From a virus (lineage: Duplodnaviria > Heunggongvirae > Uroviricota > Caudoviricetes): a stretch of 64,000 bases of DNA. The position numbers and the translations under genes are program-made. Under the pieces are notes generated by a model that saw only the letters and a list, made by a program, of their open reading frames with translations, was not told the origin of the DNA and ran no database searches. Positions 38,902-48,945 of the stretch are shown here, piece by piece (within the stretch, counting starts at the first letter, position 1; each line of letters begins with the position of its first letter). The DNA lies in the IMG/VR virus record IMGVR_UViG_3300028025_000093, positions 88,650-152,649 of that record; one strand, 5' to 3'.

Positions 38902-39107
38902 TTCTGGCGAAAGAGGTGACTGTCTGGGATTGTGAAGTTGGACAACCAAACCATACTTACTTAATGTCAGATACTAAAAGTAAGATCTATGGTTACTTTA
39001 AGTTTCACAACCCCAAAGAATTTACAATGTTTAAAAAGCCGATTCGTATTGATACACGATATCGCAAGTTTGATGTAATACAAAAGAATATTAAGGATAT
39101 AGAATGA
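38898..39107 (+). CDS. hypothetical protein
   Basis: ORF with an ATGA overlap. Confidence 0.3.
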   Translation: MILAKEVTVWDCEVGQPNHTYLMSDTKSKIYGYFKFHNPKEFTMFKKPIRIDTRYRKFDVIQKNIKDIE

Positions 39108-39403
39108 ATAAATTTGTGAGTAATAAAATTAAAAATGAGTCAGATCAAGAAATTCTTTTGATCACTCAAGAAGAATGTGCTGAAGTTACACAAGCAATAA
39201 GTAAAGTGTTTAGGTTCGGCATGGATGACGAACACAATGGTGTAACAAATAGAGAGCATCTTGAAGAAGAACTGGGTGACTTACTTTGTATGATTGAGTT
39301 GCTAATTGCAAGCGAAATGGTTGACGAGATGACTGTCTATCGTGCCAAGAATGCTAAAATGGCTAAACTTGCTAAGTGGTCAAATATTAAACAGGTAGCT
39401 TAA
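39104..39403 (+). CDS. MazG-like nucleotide pyrophosphohydrolase (small single-domain)
   Basis: 'EECAEVTQAI' and 'EEELGDLLCMIELL' match the EExxE…ExxD MazG signature. Confidence 0.6.
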   Translation: MNKFVSNKIKNESDQEILLITQEECAEVTQAISKVFRFGMDDEHNGVTNREHLEEELGDLLCMIELLIASEMVDEMTVYRAKNAKMAKLAKWSNIKQVA

Positions 39404-40717
39404 ATGAATATACATAAGTTTTTCGAGAGTCTTGCGGCAAACCCTTCACGGAATTTCAAAATCGAGCAACTAACTGCACATAGCGATAACGAAATGTTAC
39501 GTGAGGTAGTTCGCTTGGCTCTCGACCCATTCACTCAATTCTATCAGAGAAAGATTCCTGAGTATGAATTCGTAGGCGAAGAGTCTGAGCATCAAACATG
39601 TCTAGAGATGGCTATACAGAATCTTTCTTATCTGTCAAATAGACAAGTAACTGGTAATGCTGCCATTGCTCATCTGCGTGCTATTCTATCAGGACTATCT
39701 CCTGATGATGCTAAAGTGATTGAGCGTATCATTGATAAGAGTCTTGATTGTGGCGTTCAAGTGTCAAGTGCCAATGCAGTTTGGCCAGGATTGATTAAAG
39801 AATATCCTGTCATGCTTTGCTCACAATTCGAGCAGAAGCTGGTTGATAAAATTAAATTCCCAGCATATGCTCAGCTAAAGATGGATGGCATGCGATTCAA
39901 TGCAATCGTTAGGAATGGAGCAGTTGAATATCGTAGTCGTAATGGCAAAGAAATTAACCTGTTAGGAAATCTTGATGACCAATTTTTGGCAATGGCTGCT
40001 GGCGATGAGTACGTGTTTGATGGTGAGCTCATGGTTATGTTCGATGGAGACTCTCAGTTCGCAGATCGTCAAACTGGTAATGGGATCTTAAACAAAGCAA
40101 ACAAAGGTACTATCTCAGAGAAAGAAGCATCACAAGTGCACGCAACTGTCTGGGATGTTATTCCATACGCATTATTTTGTGATGCATATTGTGCAACTCC
40201 GTACAGTAGACGATTCAATGATCTGCGTAAGATGGTTGAAAATGTAAAGGTTCGTGGTAAACGTATCTGGTTGGTTACAAGTGATACTGTTGAAACCATG
40301 GAAGATGCCAACGCAAAGTTCGAAGAATATCTTGGACTTGGTCTTGAAGGTATTATTCTTAAAGATGGTTCTGGTGTTTGGGAAGATAAACGTGCAAAGC
40401 ATCAGATCAAGATGAAGGGTGAACTGGAATGCGATCTTAAGATTGTTGCAATCGAAGAAGGTACTGGTAAGTATGCAGGAATGCTTGGTGCAATTCTTTG
40501 TGAGTCTGCAGATGGTGTTGTAAAGGTAAGTGTTGGTTCTGGCTTTAAAGATGAGCATCGCAAGAACTATGGTCAAGAATTAGTTGACAAAATTGTGGCA
40601 GTAAAGTATAATATGAGAATACGAAATAAATCTGGTGAGGAAAGTTTGTTCCTACCAATCTTTATTGAGATTCGTGATGATAAAAATGTTGCAGATTCTA
40701 GTGAGGTTATAAAATGA
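39404..40717 (+). CDS. ATP-dependent DNA ligase (gp30-like)
   Basis: Adenylation motif I 'LKMDGMR', and a nucleotidyltransferase plus OB-fold domain organisation. Confidence 0.8.
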   Translation: MNIHKFFESLAANPSRNFKIEQLTAHSDNEMLREVVRLALDPFTQFYQRKIPEYEFVGEESEHQTCLEMAIQNLSYLSNRQVTGNAAIAHLRAILSGLSPDDAKVIERIIDKSLDCGVQVSSANAVWPGLIKEYPVMLCSQFEQKLVDKIKFPAYAQLKMDGMRFNAIVRNGAVEYRSRNGKEINLLGNLDDQFLAMAAGDEYVFDGELMVMFDGDSQFADRQTGNGILNKANKGTISEKEASQVHATVWDVIPYALFCDAYCATPYSRRFNDLRKMVENVKVRGKRIWLVTSDTVETMEDANAKFEEYLGLGLEGIILKDGSGVWEDKRAKHQIKMKGELECDLKIVAIEEGTGKYAGMLGAILCESADGVVKVSVGSGFKDEHRKNYGQELVDKIVAVKYNMRIRNKSGEESLFLPIFIEIRDDKNVADSSEVIK

Positions 40718-40920
40718 TTTTAGCTCTAAATGTCAAACAGAAACGAATCTTCAGTGTTAAATCTAAAGAAGATATGAGTATTGCCAAGAAATTTTTTCAG
40801 TCTTGGTCATGGGGTGGAAATGGTTGCCCATTTATTCTGGAACAACCTTATACGAATATTCCTGATATGATGCGTGAGAAAATTATTTACGGTATGTTTA
40901 AAATCACTATTGGAGAATAA
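40714..40920 (+). CDS. hypothetical protein
   Basis: ORF with an ATGA overlap. Confidence 0.3.
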   Translation: MILALNVKQKRIFSVKSKEDMSIAKKFFQSWSWGGNGCPFILEQPYTNIPDMMREKIIYGMFKITIGE

Positions 40921-40921
40921 C

Positions 40922-41347
40922 GTGAAAGTAGTAATCAATAAATGTTATGGTGGTTTTAGTTTGAGTCACCAAGCAGTAATGCGTTACTTTGAAATCAAAG
41001 GTATCACTGTATACCCAGAACAAGGTAAGGACTACTGGCAGTTCTGGACATACTGGACAGTCAAGCCAGAAGATCGTATTGAATCTAAAGAAGGTAAAGA
41101 CTTCTACAATATGCCGATTGAAGAACGTCGAGTATACAACAAAGCATATTCTGAGCAAACTATCTACGAAAGAGATATTGCACGTGATGACCCAGCTTTG
41201 GTCCAAGCAGTTGAAGAACTTGGTGCTGCAGCTTGTGGTGCTCATGCTGAACTGTCAGTTGTAGAAATTCCAGATGGTGTTGAATATACAATCGAAGAAT
41301 ATGACGGAAAAGAACATATCGCAGAAAAACATAGGACTTGGGGTTAA
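40922..41347 (+). CDS. hypothetical protein
   Basis: Probable GTG start after a GGAGAATAA RBS; no recognisable motif. Confidence 0.3.
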   Translation: MKVVINKCYGGFSLSHQAVMRYFEIKGITVYPEQGKDYWQFWTYWTVKPEDRIESKEGKDFYNMPIEERRVYNKAYSEQTIYERDIARDDPALVQAVEELGAAACGAHAELSVVEIPDGVEYTIEEYDGKEHIAEKHRTWG

Positions 41348-41349
41348 TT

Positions 41350-41904
41350 ATGAATGAACTTGACGCACACGATAACTTTGCCAAGAAAATGGCAGAAAAA
41401 TACCCTCGTTACTTTGGTGAAGATAAACGATATGGTGGGTTTGCCATTGGTGAAGGTTGGTATCCTATTATCGAATCATTGGTTGGACAGATTGATCACT
41501 ACACCAAATGGCGACGCAATATGCGTGCCAATGACTTGCGCAAACAACGTGCCAAAGATAAAGGTATGGAAGCACTGATCCAGTTTATGGTTGGTAAGAG
41601 AGGTAGAGAACCATCTGACTGGGATATTGAACGAGCCGAAGAAGCCATGGAGAATGACATCGCTATTACTCCAAAGGTTAATTGGATTGAGATTCAGCAG
41701 ATCAAAGAGAAGTTTGGTGGGCTACGATTCTATTACGATGGTGGTGATGAACGCATCTCTGGTATGGAAACTATGGCTGAAATCTGGGCAGGTCGTACTT
41801 GTGAGACTTGCGGTAACGTAGGTAAGCAACGAGGTGGTGGTTGGATCCGCACATTGTGTGATGAACACGAAGCTCAATATCAAGCAAGGAAAAATAATGA
41901 GTAA
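41350..41904 (+). CDS. hypothetical protein with C-terminal CxxC…CxxH zinc-binding-like motif
   Basis: 'CETCGNVGKQRGGGWIRTLCDEH'. Confidence 0.35.
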   Translation: MNELDAHDNFAKKMAEKYPRYFGEDKRYGGFAIGEGWYPIIESLVGQIDHYTKWRRNMRANDLRKQRAKDKGMEALIQFMVGKRGREPSDWDIERAEEAMENDIAITPKVNWIEIQQIKEKFGGLRFYYDGGDERISGMETMAEIWAGRTCETCGNVGKQRGGGWIRTLCDEHEAQYQARKNNE

Positions 41905-42232
41905 TTATACACCAGATAAATGGGTAGTAGTAAAGATTACTGGTAATGGGAATCCACCCATCCATAAAGTCTTTGCTTGTTGGTATGGTGGATACGCTGG
42001 ATCAGATTCTTGGAAGCTAAACAGTGGCATTACCAAAGTTACCTATGAAGGATATGTTTATTCCTTTGAAGGTTCTTCTGGTTCTGTCTATGAATGTCAC
42101 GCAGATTGTTATGGCACAAACTTTTACGGTATGAGTGTGCTGTCTAATATGATTGACATCGCAAAAGAAAATGGTATCACTATTGAGATACTACCAGAAG
42201 AAACTATTTTCACGGAGATTGAATATGAGTAA
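41897..42232 (+). CDS. hypothetical protein
   Basis: ATG after 'AGGAAAAATA'. Confidence 0.35.
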   Translation: MSNYTPDKWVVVKITGNGNPPIHKVFACWYGGYAGSDSWKLNSGITKVTYEGYVYSFEGSSGSVYECHADCYGTNFYGMSVLSNMIDIAKENGITIEILPEETIFTEIEYE

Positions 42233-42533
42233 GTTTGTATTGGTAGAAACTATTCTTCAATATCGTATGCGTTATGTTATTGAAGTTCCAGATACACATA
42301 ACGATGGTGAGTATCCTTGTACTGCTGAACAGTGGGCAGCAGACACAGTTACTTCTGAAGAGATGGTAGAGTTTTCTCAATTGTATCTTGGAGAAAATAT
42401 TCTTAGCACTCGTGAGATTGCCAAGGAAGAAATTATTCCAATGTGTGATGCAGACAATGGATACCTGCAAGGTTGGACTGAAGAACAGAAAATGAAATTG
42501 GTAACCCCAATTGGTTATAAGAGGGATTGGTAA
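42225..42533 (+). CDS. hypothetical protein
   Basis: ATG overlaps the upstream stop. Confidence 0.35.
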   Translation: MSKFVLVETILQYRMRYVIEVPDTHNDGEYPCTAEQWAADTVTSEEMVEFSQLYLGENILSTREIAKEEIIPMCDADNGYLQGWTEEQKMKLVTPIGYKRDW

Positions 42534-43099
42534 TGTTTGTATTTGACGTAGAAACTCTTGGAGTAGAATCAACTTGTGTTGTTCTTTCTGCAGCTATGGT
42601 GCACTTTGATCCAGAGTTGCGACCAACATATCAAGACTTGCTAGATAATGCTTGCTTTGTAAAGTTTGATGTCAAAGAACAGATGAGTGTTGGTCGAAGT
42701 GCATCAAAGTCTACTCTGGAGTGGTGGAAATCTCAGCATGAGTACGTTCGCAAAGTATCTCTAGATCCATCTCGTGAAGACATGACTGTGGAAAATGGAA
42801 TGCAAAAGTTCTATGACTATATGGCTAAGTTTCCAAATGCAAAAAAACAAACAATGTGGGCACGTGGTTCTCTTGATCAAATGGCAATAGATTCTCTGGC
42901 AGTTAAATTTGACTTAGAAGAACTTACAGGGTATAATGTATGGAGGGATGTTAGAACAGCAGTCGATATCCTATACGGAACTACTAATGGATACGTTGAA
43001 GTAGTGCACCCACTATTTTCTAGACACGAAGTTATTAAGCATCATCCCGTACACGACTGTGCCCTTGACGCAATGCAATTAATGTATGGAAAACAATAA
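42533..43099 (+). CDS. DEDDh 3'-5' exonuclease (DexA-like), separate from and immediately upstream of the DNA polymerase
   Basis: Exo I 'FDVETLG' and Exo III 'HPVHDCALDAMQL'. TAATG start overlap. Confidence 0.65.
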   Translation: MFVFDVETLGVESTCVVLSAAMVHFDPELRPTYQDLLDNACFVKFDVKEQMSVGRSASKSTLEWWKSQHEYVRKVSLDPSREDMTVENGMQKFYDYMAKFPNAKKQTMWARGSLDQMAIDSLAVKFDLEELTGYNVWRDVRTAVDILYGTTNGYVEVVHPLFSRHEVIKHHPVHDCALDAMQLMYGKQ

Positions 43100-45588
43100 T
43101 GATTTTTTATTCGCACGTATTCCCATTCGGCAACAAAATGTGTGTCCGTGGGTACGAGAATGGTAAACCCTTTCAACGCAAGATTGACTTTTATCCAACT
43201 CTGTATGTAAACGCAAAAACTCCAAACACTGAATGGAGTACTCTCACAGGACAAGCTGTTGAAGAAATCAAACCTGGAACAGTAAAAGAAACACGAGAGT
43301 TTGTTAAGAACTATGAAGATGTCAGTGGCTTTGACATCTATGGTAACACCAACTACGTTTGTCAATATCTTAGCGACACTTATGAAAGTGATATTCGTTG
43401 GGACATGGAACAGATCAAAGTGTTTACCATCGACATTGAGACGGCAACAGAAAATGGATTCCCAGATATTAAATCTGCCAATGAAGAGATCCTATTAATT
43501 ACCATCAAAGATCTGCAGTCCAAGCGTATTATTACGTTTGGATCACGTGCATTCGTTCATGGTCGCGATGACGTAATCTACATTCACTGTAAAGATGAAC
43601 TTCACTTACTCAAAGAGTTTATGATTTGGTGGCAGCAAAACTATCCAGATGTTTTGACTGGTTGGAATATTAACTTCTTTGACGTGCCGTATTTGATCAA
43701 GCGTGTTTCTCGTGAACTTGGCGAAACGATCGCCAATAAGTTTTCACCATGGGGTTATATCAATGAGCGTAAGATCTTTGTTAAAGGTAACGAAGAAATC
43801 ACATACGATATCCATGGTGTATCTCAGCTAGACTATCTTGACTTGTATAAAAAGTTTACGTATCAAAAGCAAGAATCGTATCGTCTAGATTATATTGCAG
43901 GTGAAGAACTTGGTGATGCCAAGAAAGAAAATCCAGGTGATACCTTCAAAGACTTTTATACCAATCACTGGCAAGAATTTGTTGAGTATAATATTCACGA
44001 CGTAGAGTTGGTTGATAAACTTGAAGACAAGATGCGATTGATTGAGTTATGCCTAACTATGGCATACAACGCAAAGATTAACTATGAAGATGTATTTTCT
44101 CAAGTGCGTATGTGGGATGCCATTATCTACAATCACTTGCGTAAGAGAAAAATTGCGATTCCAACAAAGACTGGTTCAAGTAAAAATGAACAGTTTGAGG
44201 GTGCGTATGTAAAAGATGTTTTGGTTGGTGCTCACAAATGGGTAGCTTCCTTTGACTTGAACTCACTATACCCGCATTTGATTATGCAGTATAATATCTC
44301 GCCAGAAACTCTTACATCAGAAAAGATCAGCGTAACTGTTGATAAATTGCTCAACAAAGAAGTTGATACATCATACGCCAAACGTAGAGATCTGGCTCTA
44401 ACTGCCAATGGTTGGACTTATCGCAGAGACATCAAAGGGTTTATGCCTGAGTTGATGGAAAAGATGTATGCGGATCGTTCAAAGTTTAAAAAGCAGATGT
44501 TGAAGATTGAACAAGAATATCAAAACGACAAAACGCAAAAACACTTGTTAAAAGATATTTCTCGTTTGAATAATCTGCAGATGGCTATGAAGATTGCCCT
44601 AAACTCTGCTTATGGTGCCATGGGTAATCAGTACTTCCGATACTTTGATATTCGTATGGCTGAGGGTATTACTACCAGTGGTCAACTATCAATTCGTTGG
44701 ATGGCGAACAAGTTGAATGCATTCTTGAATAAAACTCTCAAGACTGAAGGTAAAGACTTTGTTATTGCAATTGACACTGACTCAATCTATCTTACACTTG
44801 AGCACTTGGTCGAGAAAGTCTGCGAAGGTAAAGATACTGCGGCAAAGATAAAGTTTATGGACAAGATCTGTGAAGATGTTTTCCAACCATTCATTGATCA
44901 AGGTTATCAAGAACTAGCCGAGTATATGAATGCACATAGTCAAAAGATGATTATGAAGCGTGAGGTTCTGGCTGACAAAGGTATCTGGACTGCCAAGAAA
45001 CGATATATCCTTAACGTGCATAACTCTGAGGGTGTTCAATACGCAAAGCCCAAGCTAAAGGTAATGGGTCTTGAGATGGTTAAGTCAAGTACTCCTGCAG
45101 CAATTCGTGATAAGCTACGAGAATCTATTGATGTAATTCTTAAAGGTAATGAAGCTGACTTGCACGCATACATTGAAACATTCCGTGCTGAGTTTAACCA
45201 AATGCCAGTTGAAGCCATTGCATTCCCTCGTGGTGTTAATGGTTTGCGTCAGTATTCTGGTTCTCCGATCTATTCAAAGGGCACACCGATTCACGTGCGT
45301 GGTTCTTTGCTGTATAATCACTACGTTAAAAAGTTTGGACTAGATAGAAAGTACCAGCTAATTAAAGAAGGTGACAAGATTAGGTTTATCTACGTCAAGA
45401 AACCAAATCCATTTAATGAGGATGTCATTGCATTCCCGCAATCTATTCCTAAAGAGTTTGGACTTGAAGAGTTTATTGATTATGAACTTCAATTTAAAAA
45501 GACTTTCCTTGACGCAATGCAAACTGTAATTGAACCACTTGGTTGGAAAGTTGAACATCAATCATCATTGGAAGACTTCTTTGGATAA
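43099..45588 (+). CDS. family B DNA polymerase gp43 (with its own N-terminal 3'-5' exonuclease domain)
   Basis: Exo I 'FTIDIETAT', pol motif A 'DLNSLYPH' and motif C 'IAIDTDSIY'. 829 aa. Confidence 0.9.
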   Translation: MIFYSHVFPFGNKMCVRGYENGKPFQRKIDFYPTLYVNAKTPNTEWSTLTGQAVEEIKPGTVKETREFVKNYEDVSGFDIYGNTNYVCQYLSDTYESDIRWDMEQIKVFTIDIETATENGFPDIKSANEEILLITIKDLQSKRIITFGSRAFVHGRDDVIYIHCKDELHLLKEFMIWWQQNYPDVLTGWNINFFDVPYLIKRVSRELGETIANKFSPWGYINERKIFVKGNEEITYDIHGVSQLDYLDLYKKFTYQKQESYRLDYIAGEELGDAKKENPGDTFKDFYTNHWQEFVEYNIHDVELVDKLEDKMRLIELCLTMAYNAKINYEDVFSQVRMWDAIIYNHLRKRKIAIPTKTGSSKNEQFEGAYVKDVLVGAHKWVASFDLNSLYPHLIMQYNISPETLTSEKISVTVDKLLNKEVDTSYAKRRDLALTANGWTYRRDIKGFMPELMEKMYADRSKFKKQMLKIEQEYQNDKTQKHLLKDISRLNNLQMAMKIALNSAYGAMGNQYFRYFDIRMAEGITTSGQLSIRWMANKLNAFLNKTLKTEGKDFVIAIDTDSIYLTLEHLVEKVCEGKDTAAKIKFMDKICEDVFQPFIDQGYQELAEYMNAHSQKMIMKREVLADKGIWTAKKRYILNVHNSEGVQYAKPKLKVMGLEMVKSSTPAAIRDKLRESIDVILKGNEADLHAYIETFRAEFNQMPVEAIAFPRGVNGLRQYSGSPIYSKGTPIHVRGSLLYNHYVKKFGLDRKYQLIKEGDKIRFIYVKKPNPFNEDVIAFPQSIPKEFGLEEFIDYELQFKKTFLDAMQTVIEPLGWKVEHQSSLEDFFG

Positions 45589-45628
45589 TATTCGTATCAT
45601 CAAAACAGGAATCAATGTTTCAAAGATT

Positions 45629-46132
45629 ATGAAACAATTGCAAGAGAATCCACAGGATTGGGGTTCTCAGAAAAACATTGAAGGTGTTAAAGACTTAGTC
45701 ACAGATTATGATGCTTTAAAGTTTTTGCAAATGGATGTTGGTGCTTTGCAATTAGTTATGGGTGTGGTTTCCAGCAAAGAAGAATTTGTTGGAGACAGTG
45801 AAATATCCAGACCAACGCCAGCATATGACAGACACACAGAAGTCGTTAGATTCTTAAAACGCAATTTTAAGAAATTTGACAGATGTGGATTTTTATCATT
45901 ACCGATAGGTGGTATTGTTGGTCAGCATATTGATATGGGTAGTTACTATCAGACCAGAGATAGATACCATCTTGCAATTCAAGGCACATACATATACACA
46001 GTTGGTGGTGAATCTGTTACAGTTGAACCTGGAACTCTACTTTGGTTCAACAATAAACTACCTCACGGGACACAAAATATTGGAGATTGCGTTCGCATAA
46101 CATTTGTGTTTGATGTACCTCACAAGAAATAA
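45629..46132 (+). CDS. cupin-fold protein, possibly an Asp/Asn beta-hydroxylase-like 2OG oxygenase
   Basis: 'GQHIDMG' followed by 'LPHGTQNIG' gives an HxD…H pattern. The start is ambiguous: the frame is open from 45530, overlapping the polymerase gene. Confidence 0.35.
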   Translation: MKQLQENPQDWGSQKNIEGVKDLVTDYDALKFLQMDVGALQLVMGVVSSKEEFVGDSEISRPTPAYDRHTEVVRFLKRNFKKFDRCGFLSLPIGGIVGQHIDMGSYYQTRDRYHLAIQGTYIYTVGGESVTVEPGTLLWFNNKLPHGTQNIGDCVRITFVFDVPHKK

Positions 46133-46135
46133 AAC

Positions 46136-46164
46136 TTTACTTATATACATATATCACGTATAAT
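46136..46164 (+). promoter_or_regulatory. sigma70-like promoter (TTTACT-N17-TATAAT) upstream of uvsX
   Basis: 'AACTTTACTTATATAC…TATAAT' is a member of the conserved promoter family. Confidence 0.45.
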
Positions 46165-46192
46165 AATTATTGAAACTCAACGAAAGGCTAAA

Positions 46193-47263
46193 ATGAGCAT
46201 TCTAGATAAAATTAAAAAGAACAGTACGATTAAAGAATCTGCTATTCTATCACAATCAAAGTTCTTTCAAAAGAAAGATATGATTCCTACTTCAGTCCCA
46301 ATGATCAATGTGGCTCTTTCTGGTCGTCTTGATGGTGGTCTAACTCCTGGACTGACAATGTGGGCTGGTCCAAGTAAACACTTTAAGACAGCATTCTCTT
46401 TGTTAATGGCAAAAGCATATATGGAAAAGTATGAAGATGCTGTCTTGCTATTTTATGATTCAGAGTTTGGTACTCCTCAGTCTTACTTTGATTCATTTGG
46501 TATTGATACTGAGCGTGTTATTCATACTCCAATCACTGACGTTGAGCAATTGAAGTTTGACATTATGAATCAGCTTGGTGGTATTGAACGTGGTGATCAC
46601 GTAATTATCGTTGTAGATTCTATTGGTAATCTAGCTTCGAAGAAAGAAGTTGATGATGCACTTGATCAAAAGTCTGTTGGTGATATGACTCGTGCAAAAC
46701 AAATGAAGTCGTTGTGGCGTATGGTTACTCCCCATCTAAACCTTAAAGACATTCCTTGTGTGGTTGTGAACCATACTTATATGGAAATTGGTTTATATCC
46801 AAAAGCAATCGTTGGTGGTGGTACTGGTTCTTACTACTCTGCTGACAATATTTTTATTCTTGGTCGTCAGCAAGAAAAAGAAGGAACTGAGATTGTTGGT
46901 TACAATTTTATTATTAACGTAGAGAAGTCAAGATATGTGCGAGAAAAATCTAAGATCCCTGTTAGCGTATCTTTCGATGGTGGTATTAGCCGTTGGTCTG
47001 GCTTACTCGATGTTGCTCTTGAATCTGGACATGTCATCAAACCTAGCAATGGTTGGTATCAAAAGGTAGATAAAGAAACTGGTGAGATGGATGATAAAAA
47101 GTATCGCATCAAAGAAACTGATACTAAAGAGTTTTGGATGCCAGTTCTAAAGCAGAAATCTTTTATTGACTTTGTCAAAGGTAAGTATACCGTTGCATCT
47201 ACTGATATCTTAAAAGATGAAGACATCGATGCAGAACTTGCATTAATTGATGATGAAGAATAA
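46193..47263 (+). CDS. uvsX: RecA-like recombinase UvsX
   Basis: Collinear with T4 UvsX. RecA-fold Walker A 'GPSKHFKT'. Confidence 0.85.
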   Translation: MSILDKIKKNSTIKESAILSQSKFFQKKDMIPTSVPMINVALSGRLDGGLTPGLTMWAGPSKHFKTAFSLLMAKAYMEKYEDAVLLFYDSEFGTPQSYFDSFGIDTERVIHTPITDVEQLKFDIMNQLGGIERGDHVIIVVDSIGNLASKKEVDDALDQKSVGDMTRAKQMKSLWRMVTPHLNLKDIPCVVVNHTYMEIGLYPKAIVGGGTGSYYSADNIFILGRQQEKEGTEIVGYNFIINVEKSRYVREKSKIPVSVSFDGGISRWSGLLDVALESGHVIKPSNGWYQKVDKETGEMDDKKYRIKETDTKEFWMPVLKQKSFIDFVKGKYTVASTDILKDEDIDAELALIDDEE

Positions 47264-47582
47264 ACCTTACGTTGTCGTTGAAAACAAGCAAGGGTTTGAT
47301 GCGATAAAGTTGACCGAAAATCCATTTGAGGGTATAATTTATACTTATGGTAGAGTTTCCTTTGATGAAGATGACGCAACTGGGTACATCAAGCTGAAGT
47401 TTGATTACGAGATTTTAGATTATGCGGATAAGGTAATTACTAATAAACAACCATTTGAAAAATACATTGGTGATATATTACAAGAACTTATTCACGAAGG
47501 TATTGAAAATAACAATTTAACATACGCAGGTGGTATTGATGAGAATAGAACAGGCGATCCTATCGAACCTGATTCACAATGA
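47247..47582 (+). CDS. hypothetical protein
   Basis: ORF between uvsX and the gene 41 homologue. Confidence 0.35.
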   Translation: MMMKNKPYVVVENKQGFDAIKLTENPFEGIIYTYGRVSFDEDDATGYIKLKFDYEILDYADKVITNKQPFEKYIGDILQELIHEGIENNNLTYAGGIDENRTGDPIEPDSQ

Positions 47583-48936
47583 AGAATATTGCCGTAAGGT
47601 AGTTCCTCATTTAAAGAAAGAGTATTTCTCCGATAGAAAAGAAGCAGCAATCGTTATGATTCTGCTTAATTTCTTTGAGCAATACAATAAGCCAGCAAGT
47701 CCTGAAGTTGTTCAGATTGAATTGTCTAATCTTAACGGATTCACGGATAAAGAGATTCCTGAGATGCAGGAATACGCCAAGACTTTACAAGCTGATGCTG
47801 CTACCAATCAAGATTGGTTGATTGAAAATAGTGAGAAGTTTTGTAAAGATCGTGCTGTGTATAATGCCATTCTGGATTCAATTAAGATTATTGAAGGTAG
47901 AGATAAGGTACATACTCAAGATGCCATCCCAACAATTCTTTCTGAAGCACTTGGTGTGTGTTTTGATAATCACGTTGGTCATGATTACCTACAAGATGCG
48001 CAATCTCGATTTGACTTTTATCATAGGGTTGAAGAAAAGGTTGCCTTTGACCTAGAGATGTTTAACAAGATTACCAAAGGTGGTTTGTCAAAGAAAACTC
48101 TAAACATTGCGTTGGCTGGTACTGGTGTTGGTAAGTCGTTGTTTATGTGTCACGTTGCTGCTGGTGTTCTTATGCAAGGTAAGAATGTTCTATACATTAC
48201 TATGGAAATGGCTGAAGAACGTATCGCTGAACGTATTGACGCAAACTTGTTGAACCTTACTATGGATGAGTTAAAGGTAGTTGACAAAGATATCTTTGAC
48301 TCACGTCTAGCAAAGATTGCCAATAAAACCAAAGGTACGTTGATTGTAAAAGAATATCCAACTGCAAGTGCTCACGCTGGTCACTTCCGTGGCTTGCTTG
48401 AAGAACTTAAATTAAAGCGTGAGTTTGCCCCAGATATTATTATGATTGACTATCTTAATATTTGCGCATCTTCTAGAATGAAGCAAGGTGCAAATGTAAA
48501 CTCTTATACATATGTAAAGAGTATTGCTGAAGAGTTACGTGGTCTTGCCGTTGAGTATAATGTACCCATTCTTAGTGCAACTCAAACTACTCGTTCTGGA
48601 TTTACTAATTCAGATCCAGGACTTGAAGATACGTCAGAGTCGTTTGGTTTGCCAGCCACAGCTGACTTGATGTTTGCTCTAGTGAGTAATGAAGAACTTG
48701 AGCAGTTGAATCAGATTATTGTAAAGCAGTTAAAGAATCGTTACAATGATCCAGGTTTTTATAAACGATTTGTTATTGGTATTGATCGTAGTAAAATGAA
48801 ACTGTATGACGTTGAGATCTCTGCACAAAGCGGATTATCTGATGCAGGTACTAAAGATGATAAGCCTATGTTCGATAAAAGTGAATTTGGTAAACGTATA
48901 CATAATGAAGATAACTTTAGTGGGTTTAAGTTTTAA
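47530..48936 (+). CDS. replicative DnaB-like helicase gp41
   Basis: N-terminal 'ILSNLIHNEEYCRKVVPHLKKEYF' matches T4 gp41 'ILSHLIFDQAYFSKVWPYMDSEYF'. Walker A 'GTGVGKS'. The start could instead be the ATG at 47539. Confidence 0.85.
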   Translation: MVLMRIEQAILSNLIHNEEYCRKVVPHLKKEYFSDRKEAAIVMILLNFFEQYNKPASPEVVQIELSNLNGFTDKEIPEMQEYAKTLQADAATNQDWLIENSEKFCKDRAVYNAILDSIKIIEGRDKVHTQDAIPTILSEALGVCFDNHVGHDYLQDAQSRFDFYHRVEEKVAFDLEMFNKITKGGLSKKTLNIALAGTGVGKSLFMCHVAAGVLMQGKNVLYITMEMAEERIAERIDANLLNLTMDELKVVDKDIFDSRLAKIANKTKGTLIVKEYPTASAHAGHFRGLLEELKLKREFAPDIIMIDYLNICASSRMKQGANVNSYTYVKSIAEELRGLAVEYNVPILSATQTTRSGFTNSDPGLEDTSESFGLPATADLMFALVSNEELEQLNQIIVKQLKNRYNDPGFYKRFVIGIDRSKMKLYDVEISAQSGLSDAGTKDDKPMFDKSEFGKRIHNEDNFSGFKF

Positions 48937-48945
48937 GGAGCCGAA

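Noticed and set aside
45530-45628. 59-nt extension of the cupin-like ORF overlapping the 3' end of the DNA polymerase gene
   Set aside because: The frame is open, but an overlap of this length is atypical here. The ATG at 45629 gives a compact gene, so I kept the shorter call with low confidence.
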